A DNA stretch of 64,000 bases, from assembly GCA_003551665.1 (NCBI GenBank), contig PUNE01000127.1, positions 2,640 to 66,639 of the forward strand, given 5' to 3'. Of the stretch, positions 46,474 to 55,034 are shown piece by piece; positions within the stretch are counted from its first letter, which is position 1, and each line of letters begins with the position of its first letter. The notes below the pieces were generated by a model that worked only from the letters and a program-made list of their open reading frames with translations, was not told the DNA's origin and did not search any database. The stretch comes from Halobacteroidaceae bacterium (GTDB lineage Bacteria; Bacillota; Halanaerobiia; B1SED10-174). Made by a program: the position numbers and the translations under genes.

Positions 46474-47433
46474 ATGATGACTTATCTAATCCGGCGAGTT
46501 CTTTTCCAGGGGGTTCCTGTTTTAATCGGATTTACCTTTTTGGTATTTTTGATGATTAACTTTGCTCCCGGGGATCCGGTAACTCACCTGCGAGGTGTTC
46601 CCGATTTAGATCCCAGGGTAATTGAGGACAGGAAGACCCAGTTAGGTCTTGACCGCCCTCTGGTTGTTCGCTATTTTGACTGGGTTGGCGAACTGCTGCA
46701 GGGCAATCTGGGGAGATCTTTTGATAGTGCCCGTCGACCTGTAGCGGACCTGATAAGAGAAAGACTCCCGGTAACGATTCTGCTATCGGTTTCAAGTATA
46801 ATAATTGGGTGGGGGATAGGTATTCCTGTGGGCATCTACTCTGCCCGACGGCAGTACACCCTTTCCGATTATTCGATTACCTTTTTGGCTTTTGTGGGGG
46901 TTTCAGTTCCAAATTTCTTTTTTGGGATGGTTTTACTCTATATTTTTGCCCTGATTTTAAATGTCCTTCCCGCAGGGGGGTATTTCAGTCCCGGTGAGGA
47001 GTTCAGCTTTTTAGGCATGTTAAGTTATCTGGTAATGCCCGCCTTTACCCTGGGCCTGGCCAGTATTGCCAGTATAACCAGATATATGCGGAGCAGCTTG
47101 CTTGAAGTTATCCGCCAGGATTACCTGCGGACAGCAAGGGCAAAGGGATTGCGGGAGAGAGTAGTTATTTACAAGCACGCTCTCAGGAACGCTTTGATCC
47201 CGATTTTGACTCTGATGGGTTTTATGGTTCCGATTATTTTTTCTGGGGCTGTAATAACCGAGCAGGTTTTTTCCTGGCCCGGACTGGGAAGAATGGTTAT
47301 TGATGCAACCCACCAGAGGAACTATCCTGTCATGATGGGAATTAACCTTATGTTCGGGATCCTGACTTTTTTGGGGAATGTTGTTGCTGATGTTGCCTAT
47401 GCGATTGCCGACCCCCGGATACGGTATGATTGA
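46474..47433 (+). CDS. Peptide ABC transporter permease (DppB/OppB type)
   Basis: YLIRRVLFQGVPVLIGFTFLVFLM N-terminus, RTARAKGLRERVVIYKHALRNALIP, TEQVFSWPGLGRM. Confidence 0.85.
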   Translation: MMTYLIRRVLFQGVPVLIGFTFLVFLMINFAPGDPVTHLRGVPDLDPRVIEDRKTQLGLDRPLVVRYFDWVGELLQGNLGRSFDSARRPVADLIRERLPVTILLSVSSIIIGWGIGIPVGIYSARRQYTLSDYSITFLAFVGVSVPNFFFGMVLLYIFALILNVLPAGGYFSPGEEFSFLGMLSYLVMPAFTLGLASIASITRYMRSSLLEVIRQDYLRTARAKGLRERVVIYKHALRNALIPILTLMGFMVPIIFSGAVITEQVFSWPGLGRMVIDATHQRNYPVMMGINLMFGILTFLGNVVADVAYAIADPRIRYD

Positions 47434-48338
47434 GGAGGGAGATTATAATGGCTGAAAATAACGAAGAAAGAGTGTTGTCGAGAAGAAATATAGAATCTCC
47501 CTGGGCTGTTGGCTGGCGAAGGTTCAAAAAGAACCGGATTGCTTTGCTCGGAGCCATATTTTTGCTGATTTTCGTTTTCCTGGCAATTTTTGCTCCGTAC
47601 CTTACACCTCACAGCCCCACCAGGGCGGATTTTTTGAAAAGAAACGAGGCCCCTTCCAGTGAGCACTGGCTTGGGACTGATGAAATGGGTAGGGATATCC
47701 TGACCCGGACCCTTCACGGGGGGAGGATATCTCTTTCCGTGGGCCTGGTCTCTGTCTCAATAACAATGTTTATTGCCCTAATCCTGGGTTCGATTGCTGG
47801 CTATGCCGGTGGCTTTACAGATACAATCATCATGCGCCTGGCAGATATATTTTTAAGCTTCCCGTTTTTGATCCTGGCTATTACCGCCTCTGCTCTTCTG
47901 GGGCCAAGTATTTACAACGTTATGATTATACTCGGGGTTATTTCCTGGCCGGGTCCCTGCAGGCTTTTAAGGGCGGAATTTTTGAAACTCAAATCCCAGG
48001 ATTTTATTCAGGCTGCTGTTGCCCTGGGAGGAGGGCATCGCCGGATAGTTTTGATCCACCTCCTGCCCAATGCAATTCCACCCCTTTTGGTAGCAGCAAC
48101 CCTGGGAGTGGCCAGTGCAATTATCGGGGAAGCCGGCCTCAGTTTCCTGGGCCTCGGTGTTCCCCCGCCAGCACCTTCCTGGGGCAATATGCTTAATTCT
48201 GCCCGGGCTCTGCACATCATGGAAGGTATGCCCTGGATGTGGCTCCCACCAGGAATTGCAATTTTCCTGGCAGTTTTAAGTATTAACTTCCTTGGTGATG
48301 GATTGCGCGATGCTCTAGACCCCAAACAAGAAGGATAG
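47430..48338 (+). CDS. Peptide ABC transporter permease (DppC/OppC type)
   Basis: HWLGTDEMGRDILTR, QAAVALGGGHRRIVLIHLLPN, SFLGLGVPPPAPSWGNML. Alternative ATG at 47448. Confidence 0.85.
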   Translation: MRREIIMAENNEERVLSRRNIESPWAVGWRRFKKNRIALLGAIFLLIFVFLAIFAPYLTPHSPTRADFLKRNEAPSSEHWLGTDEMGRDILTRTLHGGRISLSVGLVSVSITMFIALILGSIAGYAGGFTDTIIMRLADIFLSFPFLILAITASALLGPSIYNVMIILGVISWPGPCRLLRAEFLKLKSQDFIQAAVALGGGHRRIVLIHLLPNAIPPLLVAATLGVASAIIGEAGLSFLGLGVPPPAPSWGNMLNSARALHIMEGMPWMWLPPGIAIFLAVLSINFLGDGLRDALDPKQEG

Positions 48339-48350
48339 GAGGCTTTAGAA

Positions 48351-48803
48351 TTGATTGAAAGCAGGGATTTTCCCAACCCCAAGGTTAAGCTGTACCACTT
48401 TATAGCAAAAGACCGAGCAAAGGATGTTTTGCAAAATGGTCTTAGGCCGGAGAAGCCTGCTTACATTCTGGACTCCGAATTACGGAAGAAACCCGCCGTT
48501 TTATGCTACCTTCAGCCCGAAGATGACCTATGGGGTTTTGATAAAAACGAAGAGTATACTCTCCTGGAGGTCAGAGTGGATCCACGCCTCTGTACTGTTG
48601 CTGACCATGCTCTGTTTTTTGAGAGTTGGCGATGTCTGAATGGGGGAGCTCCTGCCAATGAAGACCCGCAAAAAGCAATGGAATTGATTAAACAGTATGA
48701 TCAAAGGGCTCTTCCATTAAGGATTTATCGCCAGGGGATGCTCCAGGCTCCTGAAGTTCTGGTCAGGGGTTCCATTCCTCCCGAGGAAATTGAAGAACAT
48801 TAA
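48351..48803 (+). CDS. Hypothetical 150-aa protein, possibly ART-fold (Tpt1/KptA- or DarT-like)
   Basis: TTG start 8 nt after AGGAGG. KLYHFIAKDRAKDVLQNGLRP at the N-terminus and PEVLVRGSIPPEEI at the C-terminus resemble the first and last motifs of the Tpt1 NAD-binding domain. Confidence 0.3.
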   Translation: MIESRDFPNPKVKLYHFIAKDRAKDVLQNGLRPEKPAYILDSELRKKPAVLCYLQPEDDLWGFDKNEEYTLLEVRVDPRLCTVADHALFFESWRCLNGGAPANEDPQKAMELIKQYDQRALPLRIYRQGMLQAPEVLVRGSIPPEEIEEH

Positions 48804-48883
48804 AGGGAACAGGATTTCCCCTTCCCGTATTGAGCTGCTTTTGTAGTAATTTAATCCTCATTTAAATTACCAGTGGAAAAGAA

Positions 48884-48916
48884 GAAGTCCCCGGTGTTTT
48901 TCCGGGGACTTTTTTT
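48884..48916. terminator. Terminator shared by convergent genes
   Basis: GAAGTCCCCGG pairs with CCGGGGACTT(T), 7-nt loop. A-rich on the 5' side and T-run on the 3' side, overlapping the HIT gene stop. Confidence 0.7.
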
Positions 48917-49289
48917 AATAATCTACAATGTTTTCTTTAAAGTTGCGAATTCCTCCTCGAGGGTTTTTTACATCCCCAAGGTAGCGGGGGATAATGTGGA
49001 TGTGGAGATGAAAAATTGTCTGGCCAGCAACCTCCCCCAGGTTGATGCCAATATTAAAGCCATCCGGTTGGTATTGTTCAAGAAGGTATTTGCGGCTTTC
49101 AACTGTGAGGTTGTGCAGGGCAAGGACTTCTTCCTCGGTAGCAGAAAATATATCCGGGAAGTGTCTTTTGGGAATAAGCAACATGTGCCCCTGGTTAACA
49201 GGGTACTTATCATAAATTGCAAAAGCGAAGTCATTTTCCAGGACAATTTTCCGTGGGGGATAGTTGCAGAAAATGCATTTTTTTTCCAT
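48915..49289 (-). CDS. HIT-family nucleotide hydrolase/transferase
   Basis: CIFC...VNQGHMLLIPKRH and histidine triad HLHIHIIPR. Confidence 0.85.
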   Translation of the reverse strand: MEKKCIFCNYPPRKIVLENDFAFAIYDKYPVNQGHMLLIPKRHFPDIFSATEEEVLALHNLTVESRKYLLEQYQPDGFNIGINLGEVAGQTIFHLHIHIIPRYLGDVKNPRGGIRNFKENIVDY

Positions 49290-49300
49290 AAGGGTCCTCC

Positions 49301-49909
49301 TCAGTTAGTGGGCGGGTAAGGGTGAAGCTCTATTTTTTCTACTGAAACTTTGTAAGCAAAATTATCCTGATCTTTTTCTAAAATCTCCCCATCAATTTCT
49401 CCAATAGCCGGTAATTCCCGGGGTGGGGCAATATCCACTAAGTGAATTCGGTTTAGGTTTTCAGTTGTCAGGGTAAGGGATCCATCCTCCATTTCGAGTC
49501 TTCCCTTGGTTTGAATCCTATCGCCTACTTCCAGGGAGGGTAGGGGTTTGGGGTGTCGGAAAATATTCCCAAGGCCTCTTCCGTTGTGAAAGATGAGTAT
49601 TGGACGGGAATCCTCCAGTATAATTTCTCCCCATACCTGTATAGTTGTTCTTTCAGGTGGTATCCAGTCCAGAACTTTTCCCCTGACAGGAATTTCGTTG
49701 CCTTCCTGCTGAAGAACCCCTCTTACTTCGGGGAGTTCAACCCGGGGTGAACGTTGATAGGTTCCGCTAAGACGGATTTTGCGCCCCGCAAAGGTTTCCG
49801 GGTCCTGCAGAACAGACCCGATGGTTGTAAAGGGGTAAACTGATTCTGCAGGGGCACATCCACCCAAAATTAAAGCAGCGATTATAATTGATAGATATTT
49901 TTTTTTCAT
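49301..49909 (-). CDS. Lipoprotein of unknown function
   Basis: MKKKYLSIIIAALILGGC lipobox at the ATG 49909 start; the ORF-track start at 49996 is less likely. Confidence 0.55.
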   Translation of the reverse strand: MKKKYLSIIIAALILGGCAPAESVYPFTTIGSVLQDPETFAGRKIRLSGTYQRSPRVELPEVRGVLQQEGNEIPVRGKVLDWIPPERTTIQVWGEIILEDSRPILIFHNGRGLGNIFRHPKPLPSLEVGDRIQTKGRLEMEDGSLTLTTENLNRIHLVDIAPPRELPAIGEIDGEILEKDQDNFAYKVSVEKIELHPYPPTN

Positions 49910-50089
49910 TTTATCACCTACTGGTACAGCATTTTTAAACCAGATAACCCTTTTGTCAACTTTACATTTTCCACAAAAGGTTCGTTCTTCCTTCAATAGT
50001 GTTTAAAAAAAATTAAAAGGAAGGACAGGAGGCGAAGATGAAGAAATAAAAAATTAGCGTGTAAACAAATCTAGGGAGGAAAAATAAAA

Positions 50090-50545
50090 ATGATGCCCCA
50101 AAAAAGAAGATTTGGCCAATTACTCCGCAAGGAGATAAAGGAGCAGCACCATCTTTTTGACAGAGATATTGTCAGCAGTCAAGATTGCAGGCAGTTTGTT
50201 GATGAAATTGAGGAAATCTGGCACAGGCTGGGAGTATTAACCGAGAATTTCCGACTGGAAATTCTGGAGGGGAAAAAAATCTGCTTTATCAGATCTATAA
50301 GCAAAGAGGAGAGGAAAGAGTACGAGCTGGCAAGGATTCCCCTGGAAACAGGACGCGAAGGAAAGGGTACTGATCTTCTCCAGCTTACCTGGCTTTTGAT
50401 TATTGAATCCTGGGACCAATTATTCGCCCGGAGGCTGGAAAAAGAAAAAGGAGATCTTTTCCTTGACCGGTTAATCTCATTTCAGGAGAAAGAGTATGCA
50501 AAAATGATTGAAAAACTGGAGGGAGAGAATAATGGTGGGGAATAA
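50090..50545 (+). CDS. Hypothetical protein (151 aa)
   Basis: Open frame with GGGAGGAAAAATAAAAATG start context. No recognisable motifs. Overlaps the next gene by 14 nt. Confidence 0.45.
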   Translation: MMPQKRRFGQLLRKEIKEQHHLFDRDIVSSQDCRQFVDEIEEIWHRLGVLTENFRLEILEGKKICFIRSISKEERKEYELARIPLETGREGKGTDLLQLTWLLIIESWDQLFARRLEKEKGDLFLDRLISFQEKEYAKMIEKLEGENNGGE

Positions 50546-50822
50546 TGAAGAGATGAAAAAGATGAGGGTGTTTGCGGAAAAATATGCAGAAAAATCAGGG
50601 TATCGTTTAAACCCTGATACCGAAATTGTTGAAATGATTCTGAAGGGCCTGGTAGAGAATAAAAAAGAGTACGGTCGCCAGTACTGTCCCTGCCGTTCGG
50701 TTACTGGCGATAAAGAGGAAGATAAAAAAAAGATCTGCCCCTGCTTCTGGCACAAGCAGGAGATTGAAGAAGATGGGATGTGTCACTGCCAGCTATTTGT
50801 GGCCCCGGAAAAAAAGGATTGA
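50532..50822 (+). CDS. Ferredoxin:thioredoxin reductase catalytic-subunit-like protein
   Basis: CPC...CPC...CHC cysteine pattern (YCPCRSVTGDKEEDKKKICPCFWHKQEIEEDGMCHCQLF). ATG 50532 follows GGAGGGAG. Confidence 0.75.
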   Translation: MVGNNEEMKKMRVFAEKYAEKSGYRLNPDTEIVEMILKGLVENKKEYGRQYCPCRSVTGDKEEDKKKICPCFWHKQEIEEDGMCHCQLFVAPEKKD

Positions 50823-50882
50823 AATTTAACTTGCCCTAGCATAAAATAAATAGGAAACCTGTCTGTTTCAGGGAGGAAACTT

Positions 50883-52286
50883 ATGGAACTTTATATTTTT
50901 AACACCAAGTCCAGGAAAAAAGAAAAATTGCAACCCCAAAAACCCCCAAAGGTTGGTCTTTATACCTGTGGCCCCACAGTTTATGATTATGCCCATATTG
51001 GGAATATGAGGGCCTATGTTTTTTCTGATACCCTTCGCCGGGTCCTGGAATATAATGATTTCCAATTGCATCATGTTATGAATATTACTGACGTTGGCCA
51101 CCTTGTTTCCGATGCCGATGAAGGGGAAGACAAGATAGTTGTTGAAGCACGGAAAAAGAAAAAATCTCCCTACGAGATTGCTGATTTTTACACCGATATT
51201 TTTTTCCGCCATGCCAGAAAATTAAATATCAAAGACCCATCCATTACCTGCAAGGCAACGGATCATATCCAGGAGATGATCGATTTCGTAAAGGTTCTCG
51301 TCGATAGAGGGCATGCTTATGAAATCAGTGACGGGATATATTTTGATATTTCCACCTTTCCAGATTACGGTAAACTATCGGGAATAGATCTTGAAGAGCA
51401 GCAGGAGGGTGCGCGGGTGGAAGTGAACCCGGAAAAAAAACATCCCGCTGATTTTGCCCTGTGGAAAAAGGCCCCGAAAAACCACATTATGCAGTGGCCC
51501 AGTCCCTGGGGAATGGGATATCCTGGCTGGCACATCGAGTGCTCGGCAATGGGTTTGAAATACCTTGATGGTTTTTTCGATATTCACACCGGGGGAGTAG
51601 ACCATATTCCCATTCACCACGAAAATGAAATTGCCCAAAACTGGGGATATACCGGAACTGAAGTAGTAAAATACTGGATGCATAGTGAGTTTTTGCAGGT
51701 TGATGGCGGAAAGATGGCCAAAAGCCTGGGTAATTTCTTTACCCTGGATGATATCGAAGCAAGAGGTTTTGATCCCCTGGCCTTCCGATACTTATTATTG
51801 AATGCCCATTACCGGAAAAAAGTGAATTTTACCTGGGAAGCTCTGGAAGGAGCTCAGAAGGCTATCGACAGGCTTACCGAACATGTTTTGAAATTCAGGG
51901 AAGCTCCGGCAAAAAAGGGCTGCGGGCCCCGGCTTCAGAAATATAAAGAGAAGTTTCTTGAAGCAATAAATGATGATCTGAATGTTCCCCGGGCAATTGC
52001 TCTGGTCTGGGATGTTTTAAGAGGTGAAGAGCCGGCAAGTGAGTATTACCAGTTTTTGCTGGATGTTGATAGGGTTTTGGGATTTGGAATGAAAGATATG
52101 GAAAGGAAAGAAGAAGAGATTTCTGCTGAGATCAGGAAACTGATTGAACGTCGGGAAGAAGCCAGGAACAAAAGAAACTGGGAGGAAGCTGATGCAATTA
52201 GAGATCAGCTTTTGGAAAAAGGAATTCGCCTGATGGATACTCCCGAAGGTGTCCGCTGGGAAAGGATAAGAAAAAAAGAAGAATAG
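50883..52286 (+). CDS. cysS: Cysteinyl-tRNA synthetase
   Basis: YTCGPTVYDYAHIGNMR (HIGH region), WPSPWGMGYPGWHIEC, KMAKSLGN (KMSKS). Confidence 0.92.
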   Translation: MELYIFNTKSRKKEKLQPQKPPKVGLYTCGPTVYDYAHIGNMRAYVFSDTLRRVLEYNDFQLHHVMNITDVGHLVSDADEGEDKIVVEARKKKKSPYEIADFYTDIFFRHARKLNIKDPSITCKATDHIQEMIDFVKVLVDRGHAYEISDGIYFDISTFPDYGKLSGIDLEEQQEGARVEVNPEKKHPADFALWKKAPKNHIMQWPSPWGMGYPGWHIECSAMGLKYLDGFFDIHTGGVDHIPIHHENEIAQNWGYTGTEVVKYWMHSEFLQVDGGKMAKSLGNFFTLDDIEARGFDPLAFRYLLLNAHYRKKVNFTWEALEGAQKAIDRLTEHVLKFREAPAKKGCGPRLQKYKEKFLEAINDDLNVPRAIALVWDVLRGEEPASEYYQFLLDVDRVLGFGMKDMERKEEEISAEIRKLIERREEARNKRNWEEADAIRDQLLEKGIRLMDTPEGVRWERIRKKEE

Positions 52287-52303
52287 AATCAGGAGCAACC
52301 AGA

Positions 52304-52333
52304 GAAAAGGTCCGCAAGGACCTTTTCTATTTT
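52304..52333 (+). terminator. Rho-independent terminator after cysS
   Basis: AAAAGGTCC, loop GCAA, GGACCTTTT, then CTATTTT. Confidence 0.8.
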
Positions 52334-52396
52334 AAAGTAGAAAGGAAAAAATGAAAAAAAATAGAAGATATTTGGCAATAGGAGGGAGGGAAACTA

Positions 52397-54307
52397 ATGG
52401 GAGGGGAAAAGATTTTAACCAGAGCACCCCAGGAAAATTCAGGGGCAGAGGTTCTTGTTACTGGAAATGAGTTCCTTTCTCTGCCTGCTCTTTTCCAGCA
52501 GGGACTGGTGGAAAGCATTAACTTTTTGAGCGAAAAAGCCCGGGGCCTATTAGAATTCCGCCCCGAAGCCGGAAAATATTTTTTGGTTCCCTTTTGCCGG
52601 CAGCAGGACCGGGTTTTACAGCCAAAAAAATGGACATGGAAACAGCTGGATTACTGGGTCCCGGTTGTTGAGATTTCCTGTCCGGGGGGGAAAATGGAAA
52701 TAACCTATCTCTTTCCTCCCGAGGAAAGAGGAGGAGTAATAATAATTGGTTATAAGAACGAGGGGCTTTTTGCCCAGGAAATTTCTCTGGGACTTAAAGG
52801 CAATTGGGTAAGCTGCAACCAGACAATTTACCGTTCCCGGAAGATTTCAGGAGAAAAGAAACTGGTCCAGGATAACTGGACTCAAACCTTGAATCTGGAA
52901 TTTTCCAGCGGACTATCCCTCGGAGCCCTTGCTATTAGGGGAGGGGAAGGTGGAGATAAAGCCCAGGTAGCCGGCGGAGAAAAAACTCGTCTTTTGCAGG
53001 AAGGAGAAGGTATAACTGCAGGAAGAGAAAAAATTGAATTTGTCCTGGAACAGGAATATTCCCTGAACCCAGGGGAAGAGGTTATCTGGCCGGTTTATAT
53101 TGCCGGGGGAGCAGATCCCGATGCTGCTGCAACCACCTGTGTGCATCTTCACCGCCAGGGCTGGGAAGAGATGCTTTCCAAAAGCCGGAGCTGGCTCCAG
53201 GAAAAAAAGGTCCAAACCAGGCCACCAACCCTGGAAAAGAAACTAAATTACAACCTTTTTTTCAACTATTTCTTTTCTCAGGGCAGATCAATTGAAAAGG
53301 GGGATTTACACCTCCTGACATCCCGCAGTCCACGTTATTATGTCAGCGGAGCTTACTGGCCAAGGGATTCTCTCCTCTGGAGTTTACCGGGGATTATGGA
53401 GATTGACCCGGATAGGGCAAAAGAATTATACAGGGTTGCAGTTAACAGGCACTGGAATGAGGGAGGAACCCATAGCCAGTACATTACCGGGGGAGAATTA
53501 TACCCCGGTTTTGAGGTGGACCAGCTTTGCGCATATTTTATCGCGATGGAAAGGTTTTGGAACCTTCCGGGAGGAAAGCTACTGGTCGAAGGGATGCCAA
53601 TTAACAGGATGGCCAAAGATTTTTTCCGCTGGCTATATGCCTGGAAGCATGAAGAGGAGTTTCTCTTTGCAACATTTCTTGATCCCGCTGACGATCCTCC
53701 GACCTACCCCTACGTTACCTATAACCAGGTTTTGATCTGGAGGGTTCTTGGGTTTTTCAAAGAACTGGCCCGGGCTGATTTGCTGGGATTGCCCGCATCC
53801 TGGTTGAAAAGATTACGAGATGGTATTGAGAACTCTATTCACCAGCACGCTGTGGTGAAAAGTGACGGGGATAAAGAAATCCTTGCGGGAACTTTTGATG
53901 CTCGGGGAAATTATGAGTTATATGAAAATCCCCCGGGTGCCCTTTCTCTTTTACCTTACTGGGGTTTCCTTGCAGCTGATGATCCCATTTATAAAAATAC
54001 AATGGAATGGGTCCATTCTTCTCAAAATCAATATTACCTGGGCAAGGGTAAATTTCCGGGGATTGCTTCTGCCCATGCTGATGGGGCCTGGGTCCTTGCT
54101 GTGGTAAGTGAACTCCTTTCCGGTTATCGGCCCGGGGAAAACCGGGAATGGATAAAGAATGCCCCCCTGGACGGGGGTCTGGCCTGCGAAACAGTGGATC
54201 CCGAGACGGGGAAGGCTAAAACTGGCCTTGCTTTTTCCACCTGTTCAGGCTTTTTGGGTTATTCCCTTGCAGTTGACAGGAGGAGGCAGGGAAATGAGCC
54301 AGGTTAG
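52397..54307 (+). CDS. Large (alpha/alpha)6-barrel glycoside-hydrolase-like protein (GH125/DUF1237-like C-terminal half)
   Basis: YYVSGAYWPRDSLLW, FEVDQLCAYFIAMERFW, FLDPADDPPTYPYVTYNQVLIW and LAFSTCSGFLGY parallel GH125 blocks (WLRDS; ELDSL..P..L; RPSDDa..Y.ylIPsNmf; FaWaN..F). About 300-aa N-terminal beta-rich domain. Confidence 0.5.
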   Translation: MGGEKILTRAPQENSGAEVLVTGNEFLSLPALFQQGLVESINFLSEKARGLLEFRPEAGKYFLVPFCRQQDRVLQPKKWTWKQLDYWVPVVEISCPGGKMEITYLFPPEERGGVIIIGYKNEGLFAQEISLGLKGNWVSCNQTIYRSRKISGEKKLVQDNWTQTLNLEFSSGLSLGALAIRGGEGGDKAQVAGGEKTRLLQEGEGITAGREKIEFVLEQEYSLNPGEEVIWPVYIAGGADPDAAATTCVHLHRQGWEEMLSKSRSWLQEKKVQTRPPTLEKKLNYNLFFNYFFSQGRSIEKGDLHLLTSRSPRYYVSGAYWPRDSLLWSLPGIMEIDPDRAKELYRVAVNRHWNEGGTHSQYITGGELYPGFEVDQLCAYFIAMERFWNLPGGKLLVEGMPINRMAKDFFRWLYAWKHEEEFLFATFLDPADDPPTYPYVTYNQVLIWRVLGFFKELARADLLGLPASWLKRLRDGIENSIHQHAVVKSDGDKEILAGTFDARGNYELYENPPGALSLLPYWGFLAADDPIYKNTMEWVHSSQNQYYLGKGKFPGIASAHADGAWVLAVVSELLSGYRPGENREWIKNAPLDGGLACETVDPETGKAKTGLAFSTCSGFLGYSLAVDRRRQGNEPG

Positions 54308-55034
54308 AATAGGGGTTGTGTCGTGGGAAAATAAGCCCGGGAGTTTTTCTGAATACCTGGCCAGAGCAAAAACCGATATCGATGAACTTGCCGGTAAAGG
54401 GGCGGAACTTGTTCTGCTGCCGGGTTTTTTTGAAGAAAAAGTAGAACAGAGAAACTGGTTGGCCCAGCACCAGGAAATAGCTGATAGAACTGGCCTTTTC
54501 CTGGTTTTTGGACCTATAAAAGATACCTCAGGCAGACTGGAAGGTATTATTATTGACGGCAAGGGGAAAATAATCGGTAGGCAGCAGGAAATAGGGATCA
54601 GATCAAGCGGCGAAATAACCGTTTTCCCTTCAAAGTTGGGCAACCTTGCTCTGGCCATCGGAAAAGATGTTTATATTCCCGAATACAGCAGGGTTCTTGC
54701 GGGAATGGAAGCAGATATTGTTCTTGCCCCCCTGGTTGAACAACAAAGGAGGGGAGGGTGGCGCTGGGAACTTTCTGGTCTTTGGAGAGAGGTTCAGCAG
54801 AACCAGTTCTGGGGAGCCGAATCGGGATGCGGGATTCGCCCCGGGGGGGTTTTTGGTCCCTGCGAAGCAACTGAAGACCGGACGGGGATTCTGGAAAAAG
54901 GCTGGGGCCCTATCCAGGCTACCCTGGATGAGAGAAAAAGGAATGAAGCTCTTGAGACCTTTCCTGTTCATTCCCAGTTAAGCCCCCTGACTGTAGATAA
55001 TTTCCTGGAACAGTTATCCGGGGGTGGTAGGTAA
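54294..55034 (+). CDS. Carbon-nitrogen hydrolase paralogue lacking the Glu-Lys-Cys triad
   Basis: ATG 54294 after AGGAGGAGG, overlapping the upstream stop by 14 nt. CN-hydrolase layout, but LVLLPGFF (Glu to Gly), IIGRQQEIG (Lys to Gln) and LALAIGKDVYIPEY (Cys to Gly). Confidence 0.6.
   Translation: MSQVRIGVVSWENKPGSFSEYLARAKTDIDELAGKGAELVLLPGFFEEKVEQRNWLAQHQEIADRTGLFLVFGPIKDTSGRLEGIIIDGKGKIIGRQQEIGIRSSGEITVFPSKLGNLALAIGKDVYIPEYSRVLAGMEADIVLAPLVEQQRRGGWRWELSGLWREVQQNQFWGAESGCGIRPGGVFGPCEATEDRTGILEKGWGPIQATLDERKRNEALETFPVHSQLSPLTVDNFLEQLSGGGR

Noticed and set aside
48351-49289. DarT/DarG-type or other toxin-antitoxin pair (ART-like gene plus neighbour)
   Set aside because: The neighbour is a convergent HIT-family gene, not a macrodomain or antitoxin, and the two share no operon. 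Only the single-gene ART-fold hypothesis is kept.
54159-54293. ORF-track upstream extension of the degenerate CN-hydrolase gene
   Set aside because: It lies wholly inside the 3' end of the 636-aa gene in another frame. A strong AGGAGGAGG plus ATG at 54294 matches the start of the homology.
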